Shown here one piece after another: positions 11,902 to 26,122 of a DNA stretch of 64,000 bases. Within the stretch, counting starts at the first letter, position 1, and each line of letters opens with the position of its first letter. Where the stretch lies: positions 27,180,560 through 27,244,559 of the forward strand of contig NC_134027.1 in NCBI RefSeq assembly GCF_964204645.1, in the 5' to 3' direction. Origin of the DNA: Tubulanus polymorphus (lineage: Eukaryota > Animalia > Nemertea). The notes beneath the pieces are model-generated. The model saw only the letters and a list, made by a program, of their open reading frames with translations, was not told where the DNA came from and did no database searches. The translations under genes were made by a program, and so were the position numbers.

Positions 11902-13019
11902 GTTTCATTTCATAAAATTTAATCGGATAGAAAACTTTATCGCGAGATTTCTCTTTTCATTTATCTACCGTTAACGCGGATTAGAATGTTTTATTCGACA
12001 ACTCTTTCATTTCTATAGACTTGACTTTCACAGAACACATCAACTGACTTTGCAAAAAGGTCCACAACTGTAGAAATCAAGCGTGGGAAATTGTTTAAAC
12101 TATAAATTCAATTAAACACTTGTCATATCTAACAAGAGGATGCGTTATTGATACATTTTTGTCCCTAAGATATATAAACATATAATTATGGTTTCATATT
12201 GGCACAGCTTGCTTTTATAATCATACCGCTAACATTTTACAATTTTTCGACACAAAAGGTTTGACTTTTTTTACGGTTAGTTTTAAAGAACGATGTGAAA
12301 CTACATATAGAATGTTTTCTGACCACGTGCGCCGCTATTTATCTCTTATATACCCGTTAAAGCACGTGTTTGATTTGCGGTGGATTGTGTGAGAAAATAT
12401 CGAACAGAAGTCGTAACATAACGTCGTTTTTTCATTGAAGACTTTTTGACATCGTGTTATTTTCAAAGCGCTGTGAATGTCTCGAATATAGTAAGCCACC
12501 AACCTGTTCTCTATAGAGAGATTGTGTTATAACAATTCAGAAAAATCAAATATCATCAGATAAAGACCGAAAATGGGTTTAGAATGTGTCTGACACGCGC
12601 TCCGTGATAACGCGCGTTCATTCTATATATTAACTCTCAAGTTTTTATAGTTTATTTGAAAAATCGAAACTAAATACAGACGGCCACATATTCGATCATT
12701 ATGAAATAAAATCTCACACTCAGTATAAAAACAATAGAGTCCAAAATGTTGCCTTGAGCTTGAAATTAATTCAACGTTTCGACTGTAATATCTATCCTCA
12801 GGAATGCTGAATTCTATTTTGAACTATATTTTTCTGAATTCTTATCATTTTTTCTAGTGTGAAACTCTATATCATTGTCACAATGTTTCATTAATTCTTG
12901 TCCAATCTTATATAAGAAAAAGTCAAATAGATTTCCAACCAATCTATGATTTTTATTTGATAATTTCATTCATTTGATTTCAGATTAGGAACGTATGGAT
13001 AACCGAGAGAAAGCCTACA

Positions 13020-13195
13020 ATAGATTCAGCCGAAAATGAAGAAAAGTCCAATCGTAAATTGATGCATATTTGAGAAACATTTCGGCTAAATACTAAATAA
13101 TTAGCCATCATCAGGCGTAATTACTATTTAGCCGAAACGTGGCTCGAAATATATATATCATTTTACTATAGAACTTTTCATTTTTGGCTGAATTT
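13020..13195. mobile_element. Older PLE-like fold-back fragment with hammerhead core
   Basis: Degenerate inverted arms (ATTCAGCCGAAAATGAA... / ...TTCATTTTTGGCTGAAT). Minus-strand CTGATGA-T-GGCTAA...TTAGCC-GAAAT at 13079-13114 and plus-strand TAGCCGAAACGT at 13129-13140. Confidence 0.6.
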
Positions 13196-13442
13196 ATTGT
13201 CAACTTACGAACAATTATATAAATACATTTGAGATATTTCTTGAGATATGAAAACAATATAAAGAATAAAAACATTACATTAAAATGCGCCAGTTTGCCA
13301 TAGACATTTAACTAAAACTGATCCGAGGGGAAAAAAATAAAATCTGACCGATAAAACTTACAGCAAATTAATGAAAAATTGAGAATTATAAATAAAAGTA
13401 TTTGTCACAAACGGCCGCGGCATATATCTGATTCTACGATAG

Positions 13443-13600
13443 TACAGTAAACCTTCCCGAACTCGACAAACTGTTAAAATTGGTGCCCAAGCACAGTCCG
13501 GTTTCAGGATCGTAAAAAATAGAAAATCAGAAAATAATTTCAGAGTCCGAGTTAGTCAGAAGTCCAAGTCGGGAATTCTAAATACAGTCGTTTACTGCAT
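13443..13600. mobile_element. Degenerate Tc1/mariner-type MITE
   Basis: TACAGTAAAC...GTTTACTGCA termini. Confidence 0.4.
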
Positions 13601-16252
13601 TAAAAAACATTAATTTAACAACAAATATGAACGAGAAATCAACAATAAAATGAAATATTGCGCGCCTGTGATATTCCGTAGGATTTTCCATCCATTTTCA
13701 TGTCGTGAAGGATGTTGTGTAATAAGTTGTAAAATACAGTTAATCTTATCTAATCTATAGTTATCTTATTCGACGCTTCGATTATATCCTAATAAATATA
13801 AAATACTGATTTGTGAATGAGTAAAGTATTTCTAATTATTCGAATTCATTATTAATGGTTAATTAAACTTTCAATTCGCTTCATTCTAGTAACGAGATTC
13901 TAATGACGCTTTATCCGAAAACAAATTAACCGTTAATAAACTAAATCATCAATTTTTATCCAGCGTGTCGCTGGAGACATGTCAAACAACCCCGAATCGG
14001 CCGTCGCTACTGAAAGTCACAAAATCGAAACCGTTTCGAAGTCCACTCACCGTGTTTTTATTAAAGCATGATCCTCTCCTCGATATAACGATTCCTCATG
14101 CGCTGAATTTCTCACTAAATAATTTATATCTAAACTCTGAAAGTGAGTTGTATTTATCAATAATCCGCGAGCTCATATATTTATATATATACAGACCACC
14201 AGATGATGATGATGATGATGATGGGTGATGTGAAACTCAGGGTCAATACTGAGTGTCATCTCTGTGAACCCGTACATTACTAGAAACCAGCGACAAAGTC
14301 TGCACCAGTAGTCACCATCACGCCCACCGTTACCGTCGTATTTATATGGGTTTATTAGGGCTTTTGTTTTAAATTTTATCAGCCAGGACCATCCTTTCCC
14401 CTGAATCTCTCTTTCTGAATCTATCTCGACTCTTCGTCGGTGAAATCAGCTCTCGAATCGAGATGAGATGTCACGAAGCCTTACCCCGGGACCCGATACA
14501 TCATTCTTATCAGTTCCATGCACGCTTATCTTCGCCTGGCAGGATGAAGGGTTTACGGCGCAGATCCCGGAACCATTGGGAATAAACAGTTTGATAAATG
14601 AGTCAGGCATGCGAGAGAAAATCACAGGAATATTAGAAAGATAAACGACGCAGATAAAACGAGTTCGGCATCAAGAAACGGTTTGATATGCAAATGACAG
14701 AAAGATCCGCCAAGTTGATGCGTAAATTCAGCCGAGTAAGATAAGAAATATCGGCCTTATTCAAATGAGTATCGGGCGAAAGAGGACGTCAAGTTATTAT
14801 GGCAGGCAAATGCAGATATAATGGCTTTATAGATACATCGATTTTCTGCGACTCGATTTCCGATAGTTTTTCATCTTGCAGAAACTCGGACGACAATTCT
14901 TGATTCATGACTGGAATCTGTAATAGATGTATGGCGATGACTTTCATTTTTTTTGGTAGAACGATTTGAAAGAGGGGCCGAACTCCTCGCGTGGTTCTTC
15001 ATAAAACAGTCAATTACTTGCTAAAGACACATTGCCCCCATCTCAGCGAATGTGACAGTTTGGATCGCACTCACGCTTCTTGACACTTCTCGCATCTCTG
15101 CTCCAGTCATATCCAGTATAAATATCAAGAAGACGTTTTCATAGAATTATGATTAAAGCAATATTAAAACGTAACCATTTTTAGGTTAAACTCAGGCCCT
15201 GTTTCATGGAACAAGATTGTCGAGTTTAACCGATTGAAACATTACCGTTTTCAGGTAGAAATCTCTGATGAAATTGGACCCCGTGTCATTTGTTTGTTTC
15301 TATTTCAATATCTAATTGTTTGTAGAAAACTTAAAGAAAACTATTCTTAGTCTTTTTTGTTGTTGTTGTAATGTAATTTGTCTTCAGTTTGTGCATAATT
15401 CAGAGATTATTTCAGCGGTTAAATTGTCCGTGTGAGACTCAGTGACGCGGTGAGGTTCCATTTGACCTGACACAAGTCTCTCAGGCTGTAAGACGCTTTA
15501 CTGGCCCGTCTAATTACCCCGGTATAACCAACCCCGCTCCGCCGCGTCAAGATCAAGTCTACAATTTATTCAAGACGCTTATCTCGACGACGAAAATCAC
15601 GGGGGAATCGGGGTTTGAAAACTTAGATTTTCAATTATGATAACCAAAGACGTATAAACGAACTGCATCGCTATGAGAGCCTGATCGCAAATTGAAATCT
15701 TAATACGGTGTCCGCAGACAAATACGGCAAGATTTCCTTGTAATTATGCGATTCTTCGGTCGTTAAGGAGAATATTTCCAGAGCGCTAAGGGACTCGTGG
15801 TCCCGGGAGACTGTTTCATGTAATTGATGAGCAAACGTTTGGCGATAATAAACGCAACCATTCTACAGAATTCGTCTATACAAAGACAATAAGTTCGTTT
15901 ATCTAATGTCGGATCTACTGTATAAGGCTTATATCGAGGTTTACGAGCGTCGTTTGATAAATCTTCCGTATAAACTCGCTATTAAAAGTCATAATATGTT
16001 CGTCTGTGATGGTTATTTCATGCATGGACCCGATACGCATCGCGTGTGGGAAGTGTATAAGTATACGTGAGTCGGATCTCTATAGGTAGAGCTGCCATAA
16101 ACCAAATCCATCAATAAGAAAGAAAGTAGAGTCCGAAAAGGTTCCCTGAGCTAATATCCGATTGAATGTTTCGACTGTCTCCTAATTGTCATATGCAGGA
16201 ATACTCTAAGATGTGATTGAATTATGTATTTCAGTCCAGAACAGATTGATTC

Positions 16253-16350
16253 CAGGACCCGGTTCCACTCTTGAGTAAAAATGAGTTCATTTTCAAAGTT
16301 TTAACTCTTCTAGGGTTAAAATTAACTCAGAACTGTGGAACTGGACCCAA
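16253..16350. mobile_element. MITE, GGRYCCRGTTYCAC-TIR family (PIF/Harbinger-like)
   Basis: GGACCCGGTTCCAC...GTGGAACTGGACCC. Related copies at ~3875-3945, 8003-8143, 15193-15283, 18512-18590 and 22703-23016 (three in tandem). Confidence 0.55.
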
Positions 16351-19300
16351 ATGTCGAGTAATTAAATATTCGCTTAAGGATACATTTCGGACTTTATTTT
16401 TCTGTGTTTTTGTGGGATTTTATATCATTGTAGCGATACGGATTCAGAGTTTTACATCAAACGTTATTGGTAAAGCTGTAACTAACCGGGTCCTTCTTCT
16501 GTCTCGCTTTCTTTAAGTATCAAAGTGCAAAACAAGCAAATAATAAAACAGAGTCTTTTATTGCTTTAATCTGCTTTCACCAATAAAAAAATCTCACACT
16601 AAGAAAGAAGCGCATAGTGTCCGAAATGTTTCCACTTTCTTAGTTTAGGATTTATATCACGGTAACGACGTGCACCGGACTCGGAGTGTTTTCATCAATG
16701 GTTAATCTACTTAGCATTCTACAAGTAATAAAATCACAGTTTACTTTGTAAAATAAAGTGCTGTAAGACATTTTTGATGATGGTAATCTTCGAATGAATC
16801 GGTCACGTGGCTTTCATTACGATTAGCTTCATAAACTAAGCATTTAAAAAAAAGACTTCGTCATCGTCGCCGCGGCCTTCAAGACGTTTTTCTAGATGAC
16901 ACAAAAGCCTGAAAAAATAATTACATGCTTGTGGCTGAGAATGTGGTGAGCCGACGAGCGCATCATTCAAAAAACATAAGTGTCACCGCTGAGAACGATA
17001 TCGAGTTCTAGAGGTATATATATACACCCACACGTGCCAGCGGTAGCAACCGGTAGTTTCTGGTACAAAAAAGCGCTGGCGGTTAATTATTTCCGCGCGC
17101 CATATTGTTTGAAATTAACCGTTATAAAGTTTTGGATTTATATCGCCTCGGATCTCTCGAAGAAGTAAGTATAGATTAATTGCTGGATGCTTTGTGTGTT
17201 GATGTTCCTCAGTGCAAACTCCACGGGTTACAAAAGGTCATATTCGCTTTTAATTACCGTCGTTAAAACGAGGCCGAAAACTCCTTAAATTCACGAAATC
17301 TGTCGAATAATGAATTAGATCCAGGCATACACCTCTAAACCATCCGTTCACGCTCGGAATAGTGTCTCGATATTTCAGAGAGGTTTATCAGAACCGATTC
17401 AGTTGGGGTTCGAACCTGTGACAGTCTTCATTCTGATTAGATCTGTACCGATTCAGAATTCATCTAGGCTTATGCGTATTTGGATTCGGAATCTTATCTT
17501 TATTTTTCAATGGGGCCCCTTGTCGTAACAATAATCATAACCCAACAATAACAAAGGAAAAAGTATTCGAAATGTCTCCTTGAGCTAAATGTTTATTCGC
17601 CATTTCGACTTCGTCATCTTCAGGATGTTACAACAAAATTACGAGATACAATCCAAAACAAAGAGACTAGAGTTATCGGGGAATAAATAGGATTGGATAT
17701 TCTCCACATTATCAACTCCTTTCGCAGTGGAATAGGTTTCTATGCAATGTCAAAGTAAACTAGGGAAAACGGTGAGATATAAACCGGAAATTTCGATTAT
17801 ATTTCAATTATAGAAACCAAACATCCATCACCGGGGTGCGTGTCTGTAGAGTGGCCATCTCACAAAGTGACCGCTGACCAGTCACGTGTCAACCAACGGG
17901 TCATCTCACATACTGACCATTGAGCGGATTATCTCGGCCCACTGGTCGGATTATATCGGGTATCGATATCAAAACGAGAATTAGAAATCTGAATTTATCA
18001 TTCAATGAGAAATGAGTTTTTCTTTCACTAATTGTCGGATTCATTCAGGCGGACTGTTAGGACTTATCCGTTTGAGTGGTCATGAATGCGTCCGGTATAC
18101 TCGGAACACGTGACCTATCGTCCACTCGACTAGTTCCGGACAGCGGACCGTCCGAAGTGAGACGCGTCGTAAAATCTGACCAAAACGAATTGTCAACCGA
18201 AACGTTAAATAATGTTTCATCGACGAACAACTTTATTAAACCTCCGACACGGCACAGCACGACACGGCACGGCGCGACACGGCACGGCGCGGCACGGCAC
18301 GTATTCTATTAACATAATCCCTGATTTTTATAGTCTGTTCGTAATAGTAAAGTTTTTATGTCAGCGATCAAACAATCAGTGACGGAACATTGAAAATGTA
18401 AACGCTACATTTATCACGTCATAGAAACATTAATTATAAATATAGCACTCATTCGCGGTCTTTATGACTTCTCGGTAGATTTGTTTGATAGTTTTTTGAA
18501 AAAAAGGAATATCTGGGACCAGGTTCCACAGTTGTGAGTTAAGATTTAACTCATCGTAAACTCATCGAAAATGAACTATTCGAAGTTAGCTGAATCAGAA
18601 CAGTAGATCAAGGTCTGAATGAAGATATGATAACGATTTATTTTCCAAAACGTTTTACAACTGAAAATTAAGTTATTTGTTAATGAGTTTATGCGATGAG
18701 CTTTGAAATATAAGATGTTTCTAAAGCATAAAACAAGAAAACTATTTTCTTGATTATCAGTTCATGTCGTATCAAGATCTACATCTATGCTAGAAACACT
18801 TTCTAAATTTGAAAGCGCTTCAAATCATTTTATGGCAATTTTCGGAACTGGGAATTTTCAATTCTAGATCAGGATCTCGGAATAGGTCGGTGTGTTTGAT
18901 CGAGAAAATCTACAATGATCGCAAAAAAAACAAAATCCAGCAAAATTGTTAAGAAGATTTAGAAGACGTTTTTATATCAAACACAAGGAAGAAAAAGAGA
19001 CACTCGATATACAGAATTAAGAAGGAAATTGAGTTGTTTGAAATAACGTAGAGAAAACTGTAGAGTTTGAAGGGGCAAAATGAAAAGCAGCCGGATTCAA
19101 TTGTTACACATACAATTAAATAGACACGTGTTCAGAACGCCTGGTTGTAATGATTAATTTATAATCAGGTATTAATAACTTCACCTTATCTGCTGACACG
19201 CGGCCATAAAGAATGGACGGTCAGAAATATTAATTCAAAACAGGTCCGAATAAACGTGGTTAAAGTCATCCAGAACAATGACATCTTCGCTTCATTATTC

Positions 19301-20328
19301 AAAAGAAAACATTGCGCTGAATTGTAACTACACAAGTCGTGATTTCTGGCTAGAACGGGTCCGCTATAAAGGCCATCAATTCTGCCCCTCCCACGACCGA
19401 CAGACAAACGATCATCCACAGAAACAAAAGCCGCTTGTTAAAACTGTCTGATGGATTCATCGGCTGAAAAACTGAAAGTATCGTTTAAGACGAATCGAAC
19501 GACGGTTCGAAAGAATAGAACCAGTAGCCCGGACCTGATGAGTGGACGGGGTACCTGCCGCCTGACAGCCCGCTGCTGCTACCCGACCGACCGGCGACGC
19601 GAATAGCCTCAGTACCTGTCGTCGGTCGTCTGTTCCCGACTGGCCGCGTGACGTTTCAAACTAAATTCTCTTTAAAGCGTTGTTAATGTATCACCATGGC
19701 CGGAAATTTAACTCGAATGAAATTCTGGGTGGTTTATGACGACGGAAGGAATTGTGTCTTTAGAAACTGATTGAAAAAAAAAACGAGACGGACGGACGGA
19801 TATTTATCAGCGATTTGCAGCTGAATAATTCAATGAATGAAGCCATGTAAATGTAAATTAATTAGTCTTTTATAAAGTTAACTCTTTAGGCGCAGGGCAC
19901 GATCTAAACGATGAAATTCAAAGCGTCGTTAGATTGTCGGTTTTGAATCCTATAGACAGCTGGGAAGGGGTTGGGGAGTAGTTTATCATATCTGTCAATG
20001 CGTTAACCACTAGATTTATTAATCTGAATGTGATTCTAAAACATACAGTGACTTGAATCTGAATTCTCTGGTTTAAACTCATCGCATATCAAGATTAATG
20101 ACTGGAGTAAGTGACCATTTGTTCGGCGGTACTACTGACCATTGTACTGATACCGCTGACCACTAGTGACCAATACGATGTGGTCATTAGTGACCGGCAG
20201 ATGGATGACACATGTAATAGTTATTTGATGAGTATTGAACGCGCCTATGAGCATGTTTTAATTTAGCTAATTACTCACAGGAAATCTGAATGACTGTAGA
20301 ACTGCGCCCGGTTCTTACGCTTACTTCA

Positions 20329-20607
20329 GTGAAATATTCCCAACCTTAATGAGTTCCCTGATTCTCAACTCGTGGTGAAATATTTACAGCAGTCCCAACA
20401 TGCTACCGAGTTCCCTGATTCTCAACTCTGTGAAATATTCACAGCAGTCTCAACGCTACCGAGTTCCCTGATTCTCAACTCAGTGAACTATTAACAGCAG
20501 TCTCAACGCTACCGAGTTCCCTGATTCTAAACTCGGTGAAATATTTACAGCAGTCTCAACATGCTACCGAGTTCCCTGATTCTCAACTCTGTGAACTATT
20601 CCCAACT
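20329..20607. repeat. ~60-bp minisatellite, ~4.5 copies
   Basis: Unit GTGAAATATTYACAGCAGTCTCAAC(AT)GCTACCGAGTTCCCTGATTCTCAACTC repeated in tandem. Confidence 0.9.
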
Positions 20608-21561
20608 CGTCGGTGATATTTTTGCATCTCTACCGAGTGTAAGGTTGATGCCGGCTCCTTTAGATTTGTATTATGTTTAAATTCATGACGCACTATATTC
20701 ACAAGTTAAATCTCCCACTGGTTTTTACTGTATTCTCACAGCGTTAAACCCCTTGAATCGACAGAGAGAGAGAGAGAGAAAATTCGCATCACTTTTTACT
20801 ATAGAAAACAATAAAAATCAGAAGCTGAAACGATAGACAAGCTGTGATACAAAAACCACCAGTGCTTCACATTCATTCAAACAACACAAAGAATCATCCG
20901 TGAGATGCGTATCTTTTAAAATCTAATTAAACAAAAATATCTTTGAAGATGTGTACGACTGAATAGTATTGACTACAAGCTGTTCTCATTTTAGAAAAAA
21001 AAACACCTTAATACAATGATATCGCGGTTATGGCACATGTGGTCCTAAAGAGACTGGATCTTCTCTCATATTTCTCATCGTCCATTATGTTTAGTGTATT
21101 TTATAACTATGGGAAAGCAGTGATATTGCCTAAACCTTAAACCCTTGCAGCGATACAGGGCTCAGGAATAAGAAACTTATGTTGTTAATGATAAGATCGT
21201 TTTATTGACACTTCAAGTGACCACGAAAAAGACGAGTTCAAGTTCAATTATTCCATAGAAATGGTGCAACATAATAATATTGAAATTACAAGATTGAGAA
21301 AAATTTGATTTTTGAATAAATGTATATCAAGATGCTAGAAAAACGATTGTTGGGTTACAATTTACATTTCTGTGTCTCTGGGTTTGATACCCATGAAGAC
21401 AACATCGTAAAATCTAGAACAATAGCCAGGAAGATAAGACATGTAATCAGTACTGACCATATGACCAACCAGTTCGCAGGACTTTATTGATATCAGGTCA
21501 TATGTCCTGAGCATTGTCTTATGGGACAGTTTTCATATATAGATTTATAAAAAGAAATGTT

Positions 21562-22177
21562 CTGACCAGGATGCTGCGACCGGGACGCTGGCCGGGACGC
21601 TGACCAGGACGTTGTGACCAGCACGCTTACCAGGACGCTGTGACCAGGACACAGTGGCCTGGACTCTGTGACCAGGACGCTGACCACAGGACACAGTGGC
21701 CAGGACTCTGTGACCAGGAAGCTGTGACCAGCACGCTGACCTGGACTCTGTGACCAGGACGCTGTGACCAGGACGCTGTGACCTGGACGCTGACCTGGAC
21801 ACAGTGGCCTGGACGCTGTGACCTGGACTCTGTGACCAGGACGCTGACCTGGACACAGTGGCCTGGACGCTGTGACCTGGACTCTGTGATCAGGACGCTG
21901 ACCTGGACACAGTGGCCTGGGCGCTGTGACCTGGACTCTGTGACCAGGACGCTGACCTGGACACTGACCTGGACGCTATTACCAGGACGCTGACCTGGAC
22001 TCTGTGACCAGGACGCTGATCTGGACGCTGTGACCAGGACGCTGACCTGGACTCTGTGACCAGGATGCTGTGACCTGGACACTGACCTGGACGCTGTGAC
22101 GAGCACGCTGACCAGGATGCTGTGACCTGGACACTGACCTGGACGCTGTGACCAGCACGCTGACCTGGATACTGACC
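21562..22177. repeat. GC-rich minisatellite of 12/14-bp units
   Basis: Interleaved (TG)TGACCWGGACGC, TGACCTGGACTCTG and GGACACAGTGGCC units. These produce the spurious overlapping repetitive ORFs in the track. Confidence 0.92.
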
Positions 22178-24084
22178 GCTTGTCAATCTACATGTGAATA
22201 CAAAGTGCGCAACGTTCAGGAGCGAATTGTAATTCGTTACATTCATTAACGTCTAAAGTCTCGAATATCTCAGGCGCGTCAACAGTTTCCTGATTTTACG
22301 CATTTTTCGCCGTAAATAATGAGATTAGATAAAAAATGCAGCTTAGTTCGATGGAGGGTTTTGTTCGGTATTGTGGCTCAATTTCACATAACGTTTTGTT
22401 ATATTGTACAGGGTCACGTGCTGACCGCTATCTGGGGCCACGGACGGAATCGCTGATGACCAGCGCAAAGTCTCACAATAGCCTTAATGTTTTCGGTGAT
22501 TTATCGGTCGCGTCAACATGGCAACGTTGTTTACACCTGGCAACAAAGTGTAGATTATTCTGATGACAATTTTTACCATAACGATCATCATTAGTCGTGT
22601 TTGTTCCTGTATGAGCAATTTTTCATAAATGCTTGTGAAAGTTAGACGATAAACTGTGAAATCATGATCCTTACATGTAAGATGAAGACTATCAGTAATT
22701 CTAAGGACCCAGTTGCGCGGGGTTTCGCTCCAGATTCACTCTAGAGTTCAAACAAGTTAATTTCCAGGTCCCTGAACCCAGTTCTGCTGTGTCTGAGTCG
22801 AGATTTGTCTCAGCGTTAACTCGCCGAAAATCAAATATTCTTTACTCAGAGTTAATCACATAAAAACGGGTCCGATATCCACTTCCACAGCTGTGAGTTA
22901 TAGTTAACTTTATCAGTTAAACTTAAACTTTCAATGAATTAACTGTGAGTGAATTATTAACTCACTGGGGCTGGTGAGTGAAATGTTAATTGAGAACGGT
23001 GCGGAATTGGGTTCAGTTTATTTCTAGATCGGCCAAACAATTTTTCCACAACATTTAACACGAAAAGCTTAACGCGCACTTTTAGTTAATTGGATCAGCA
23101 TTAAAAAAACGCCTGATCTTTCTTCGATGGTCAATGTTTACATTGGCCGAAATGCAAATTCTTCATCAAACAAGCGACGCTGATCGTCTGTTTCAGCGTC
23201 ATCATCGTCCACTGCGTCTATTCTAAAGGATTTACTCCTGAAATCCTAAATTCACCGTTACCGATTCCTATCACTGTTATTTGGACACACACACGAGGCT
23301 CCCTCTCAAACTCTTCTTTACTCTCGTCGCTTCTACCATAAATGAATTATTTATGATTGAATGTTACCACGTGAGTTTCTTATCTTTGCAGTCGTTTGCA
23401 TCTTGAACAAACGTAGCTTGAAAGATGTGGAAATTTCAGATTTCTATCTCTTGGAGTCTCATGTGTGTTTAAAGTCGAAGATTCCATATACTCGACGTAA
23501 AGTAGGCTGAATTCGCTAAATGCGATTTAAGGGTTTTTACTTCTCCGAGCAAATAGTAATGTAAGGTTTGATTGGAATCTATAATGAACTACTCATCAGT
23601 AAAGGTTGACCGCTCTTATGAGTTTCGCGTTTTGTTTTCTTATCTTCGTCTCGTCACAGGTCACTGAAAACAAGCTTGTCGTTGCCTGAGACTCTTTTCG
23701 GCTTCGTGACGCAAAATCTAAAGAAAATTGACTTTTCTTATTATTCATTTTCGTCCTCCTTGTCAGCTTGACTTAACAAATTGTTCCGAAAACCTTTTCT
23801 GATTTGCTCATTTTTTGATAAAGATCGTTACATTCTGAATGTGGATAATAAAAATCGCGTATAGAAAGTGACGAACTAGCGATGCGTGAGTCTGTAGCGC
23901 GCGTCAACTCTCATTCTATCATCGATGAAAGGTTTCCAGACGCGTGCAGCAAGAAACTAAGTGAAATCTTATAAAATGAAACGTCGGTTTACACGCGACT
24001 AATTAGAATAGAATCGTCCCTAGAATTGTGTGAGAAAATAATACGGTCTAAAAATGAGATTGAACGCGGACGCTGGGTTTTGAC

Positions 24085-24830
24085 TTCAATTCAATTACTA
24101 CTTTATTGATCTTTGTCGAAACAACTTCAGCAATGATTTACAGCAATAAAGTGTGGACAAATTACAAATTACAAAATACAGAATACAGAATTAATAAACA
24201 CGAATTGGAGGAAATGAAATATTCGTGATCAAACAACATTAAATCTATAAGTTGCAGGGAATCTAGTCAATCAATCGATATTTTTAAGTCTAATCTCAAA
24301 ACACGTTTGTTCATCAAAGCTTTCGATTAGAATTGTTTACTTTTCTCTGTCCTCTTTCTATAAACGTTGTAAAGCAAATTAGCATATATTTTATATGGAT
24401 TTAAGGCTGAATAAATTATCATTATTATTATTATGATAACACGTGTTCACGACTCGAGTGATATAGGACGAGATTAGCGCATGTATAAATCTGTTGATTA
24501 TGGAAGTGATTTCGGTGTCACCAACATTCATTTCAGGACGTGATATGTATGAATTTGTCTTCTCCCAAATCGGGTCGAGAAATTTGTACATTTAGATAAT
24601 TCCAAATTTCCTGTGTATATACCGCCAGCTTCCTCTTAAAAGCTATTTCTACGATTGCGTAAAAAGTGACGATATCGAATATCGTAAACTTCTGTTGAGG
24701 TAGATTTAGATCTTTTTTGTGGGTAATTTGTTTCATTGTCTGGTTAAAAACCTGTTCAATAGTCACACGAATTGTTAGTCCGGTATCCGTGTATTATTTC
24801 TCCTCTCTGCATTGAGAACCAACTCCTCTT
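24085..24830 (-). mobile_element. Probable decayed 3' end of a LINE-type retrotransposon
   Basis: The minus strand ends in AATAAAGTAGTAATTGAATTGAA (poly-A signal plus short repeat tail), preceded by overlapping broken reading frames (24391-24766). No diagnostic RT motif is visible. Confidence 0.3.
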
Positions 24831-25535
24831 TTCGAGCAACCGTTTCGATTGTCGGAAATTCCTCAATGAAATCATCCTAGTTTTTTGTTAGGCTCCGCGA
24901 TATTTCATTTAATGCGAAAAAACGACAGATGAATTTTTCAAACCGCAGTTAACAATAAACCATTGATAGCGCGACCAGGAATCACTCTTCATAATGGATT
25001 TAACTGATGGTGATGATATTTGAGACTGAGATATCATTATCGCTGATCAGGTCTATCTATCTCAGGTAATATTAGGTTTGAAATGAACAGAACTATTTCA
25101 GTATCAGTAGCAGTATATCGAGGAATAAGGATTAGTTAGCCTCGTTGATTTAGGTTGCACAATATGAAAATAAAAATGTCAGTATAGTAGAATAGACCTG
25201 GTACACTCAGATGCGGAGAACAGATAATTAGTTGAAAACTTACAAAATTCAAAAGATTAAAAGCGAATTTTATTCATCAAAAATTAAAATCAAAAGGCAC
25301 GAACTGTCGCTAGAGGCCATCGTCAGGTGTGCTTGATTATAATTCTTGATTTAAAAAGATTTCTTTGATGAATTTTTAATGTAGTGTGTTTTAAACTTAT
25401 TGAAAATATCGGTGTAATTTTCAAGTGAACTGAACTGATAATACTAGAAATACTCTGAGTGAGTGAGTGACATGGTCTACATGCAACAAGATGCTGCGTT
25501 GTGTCGTAGGGAGACCACAGAGGTTTACTTATCTG

Positions 25536-25662
25536 TAGCCGTCCGTATTCATAAAACCTTACTAAGTCTAGTTTCTTGCTAAGTTCTTTACTACCTATCT
25601 ATAGTTTAGCTACGTATTTAGCGACCAACTCGGTTAGAAAACCTTTATGAATATGGCTGCTG
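25536..25662. mobile_element. MITE with CCGTATTCATAAA...TTTATGAATATGG inverted ends
   Basis: Imperfect ~15-bp terminal inverted repeat around ~100 bp. Confidence 0.5.
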
Positions 25663-26059
25663 GAGTCTAGAATATCTTTTCAATTCACTTAATAATGACA
25701 TAGCGAAACATAGCATCTTTATACATTTAGTGCTTCGCACAAGCAAAACTTACAATTTAATTTATCAAAATATTTCACAAATACATCTTGAATTCTTTCG
25801 TATTTCATTAAACCAACATCATTTCAAATGAAGCTGTATCCAACACATAGAAATTAGGTTGATTTAAAGAGATTTTCTATTTACTGCCGAACGTTGTAAG
25901 GATTTACAGTTAATCGGATTAGAATCCGACACATCTCACTCACCGACTGTGTATTAATATATGACGTCACCAACGTTCAGTCGAGCTTGGGCAGTTTAAC
26001 GGTGGAAAATGTCACCATGTATTCTATTCATAAGTTTTAGCTAGCCAGAAGTCTAATCT

Positions 26060-26122
26060 GGCCTGGCCGAAGGGCAAGACGATCGCCTCTGATACAGCGG
26101 CTCCCGAGATCGAATCCTTGGA
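26060..26122 (+). mobile_element. tRNA-derived SINE head (degenerate)
   Basis: A-box-like TGGCCGAAGGG and B-box-like GATCGAATCC at tRNA-like spacing. No complete cloverleaf. Confidence 0.3.

Noticed and set aside
19500-19630. CTGATGAG at ~19534 and a GC-rich 12-bp hairpin (19587-19627) as possible ribozyme or pre-miRNA
   Set aside because: No correctly placed GAAA or stems for a hammerhead, and the stem is too short for a pre-miRNA.
20329-20607. Repeat-spacer-like ~60-bp periodicity
   Set aside because: The intervening sequences are near-identical, so this is an ordinary minisatellite.
21493-22246. Five overlapping ORFs up to 159 aa with repetitive peptides
   Set aside because: Artefacts of the stop-poor TGACCWGGAC minisatellite; no splice context or protein family signal.
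26060-26122. Possible tRNA gene
   Set aside because: A/B-box-like motifs only; acceptor and anticodon stems do not form. Treated as a SINE relic.
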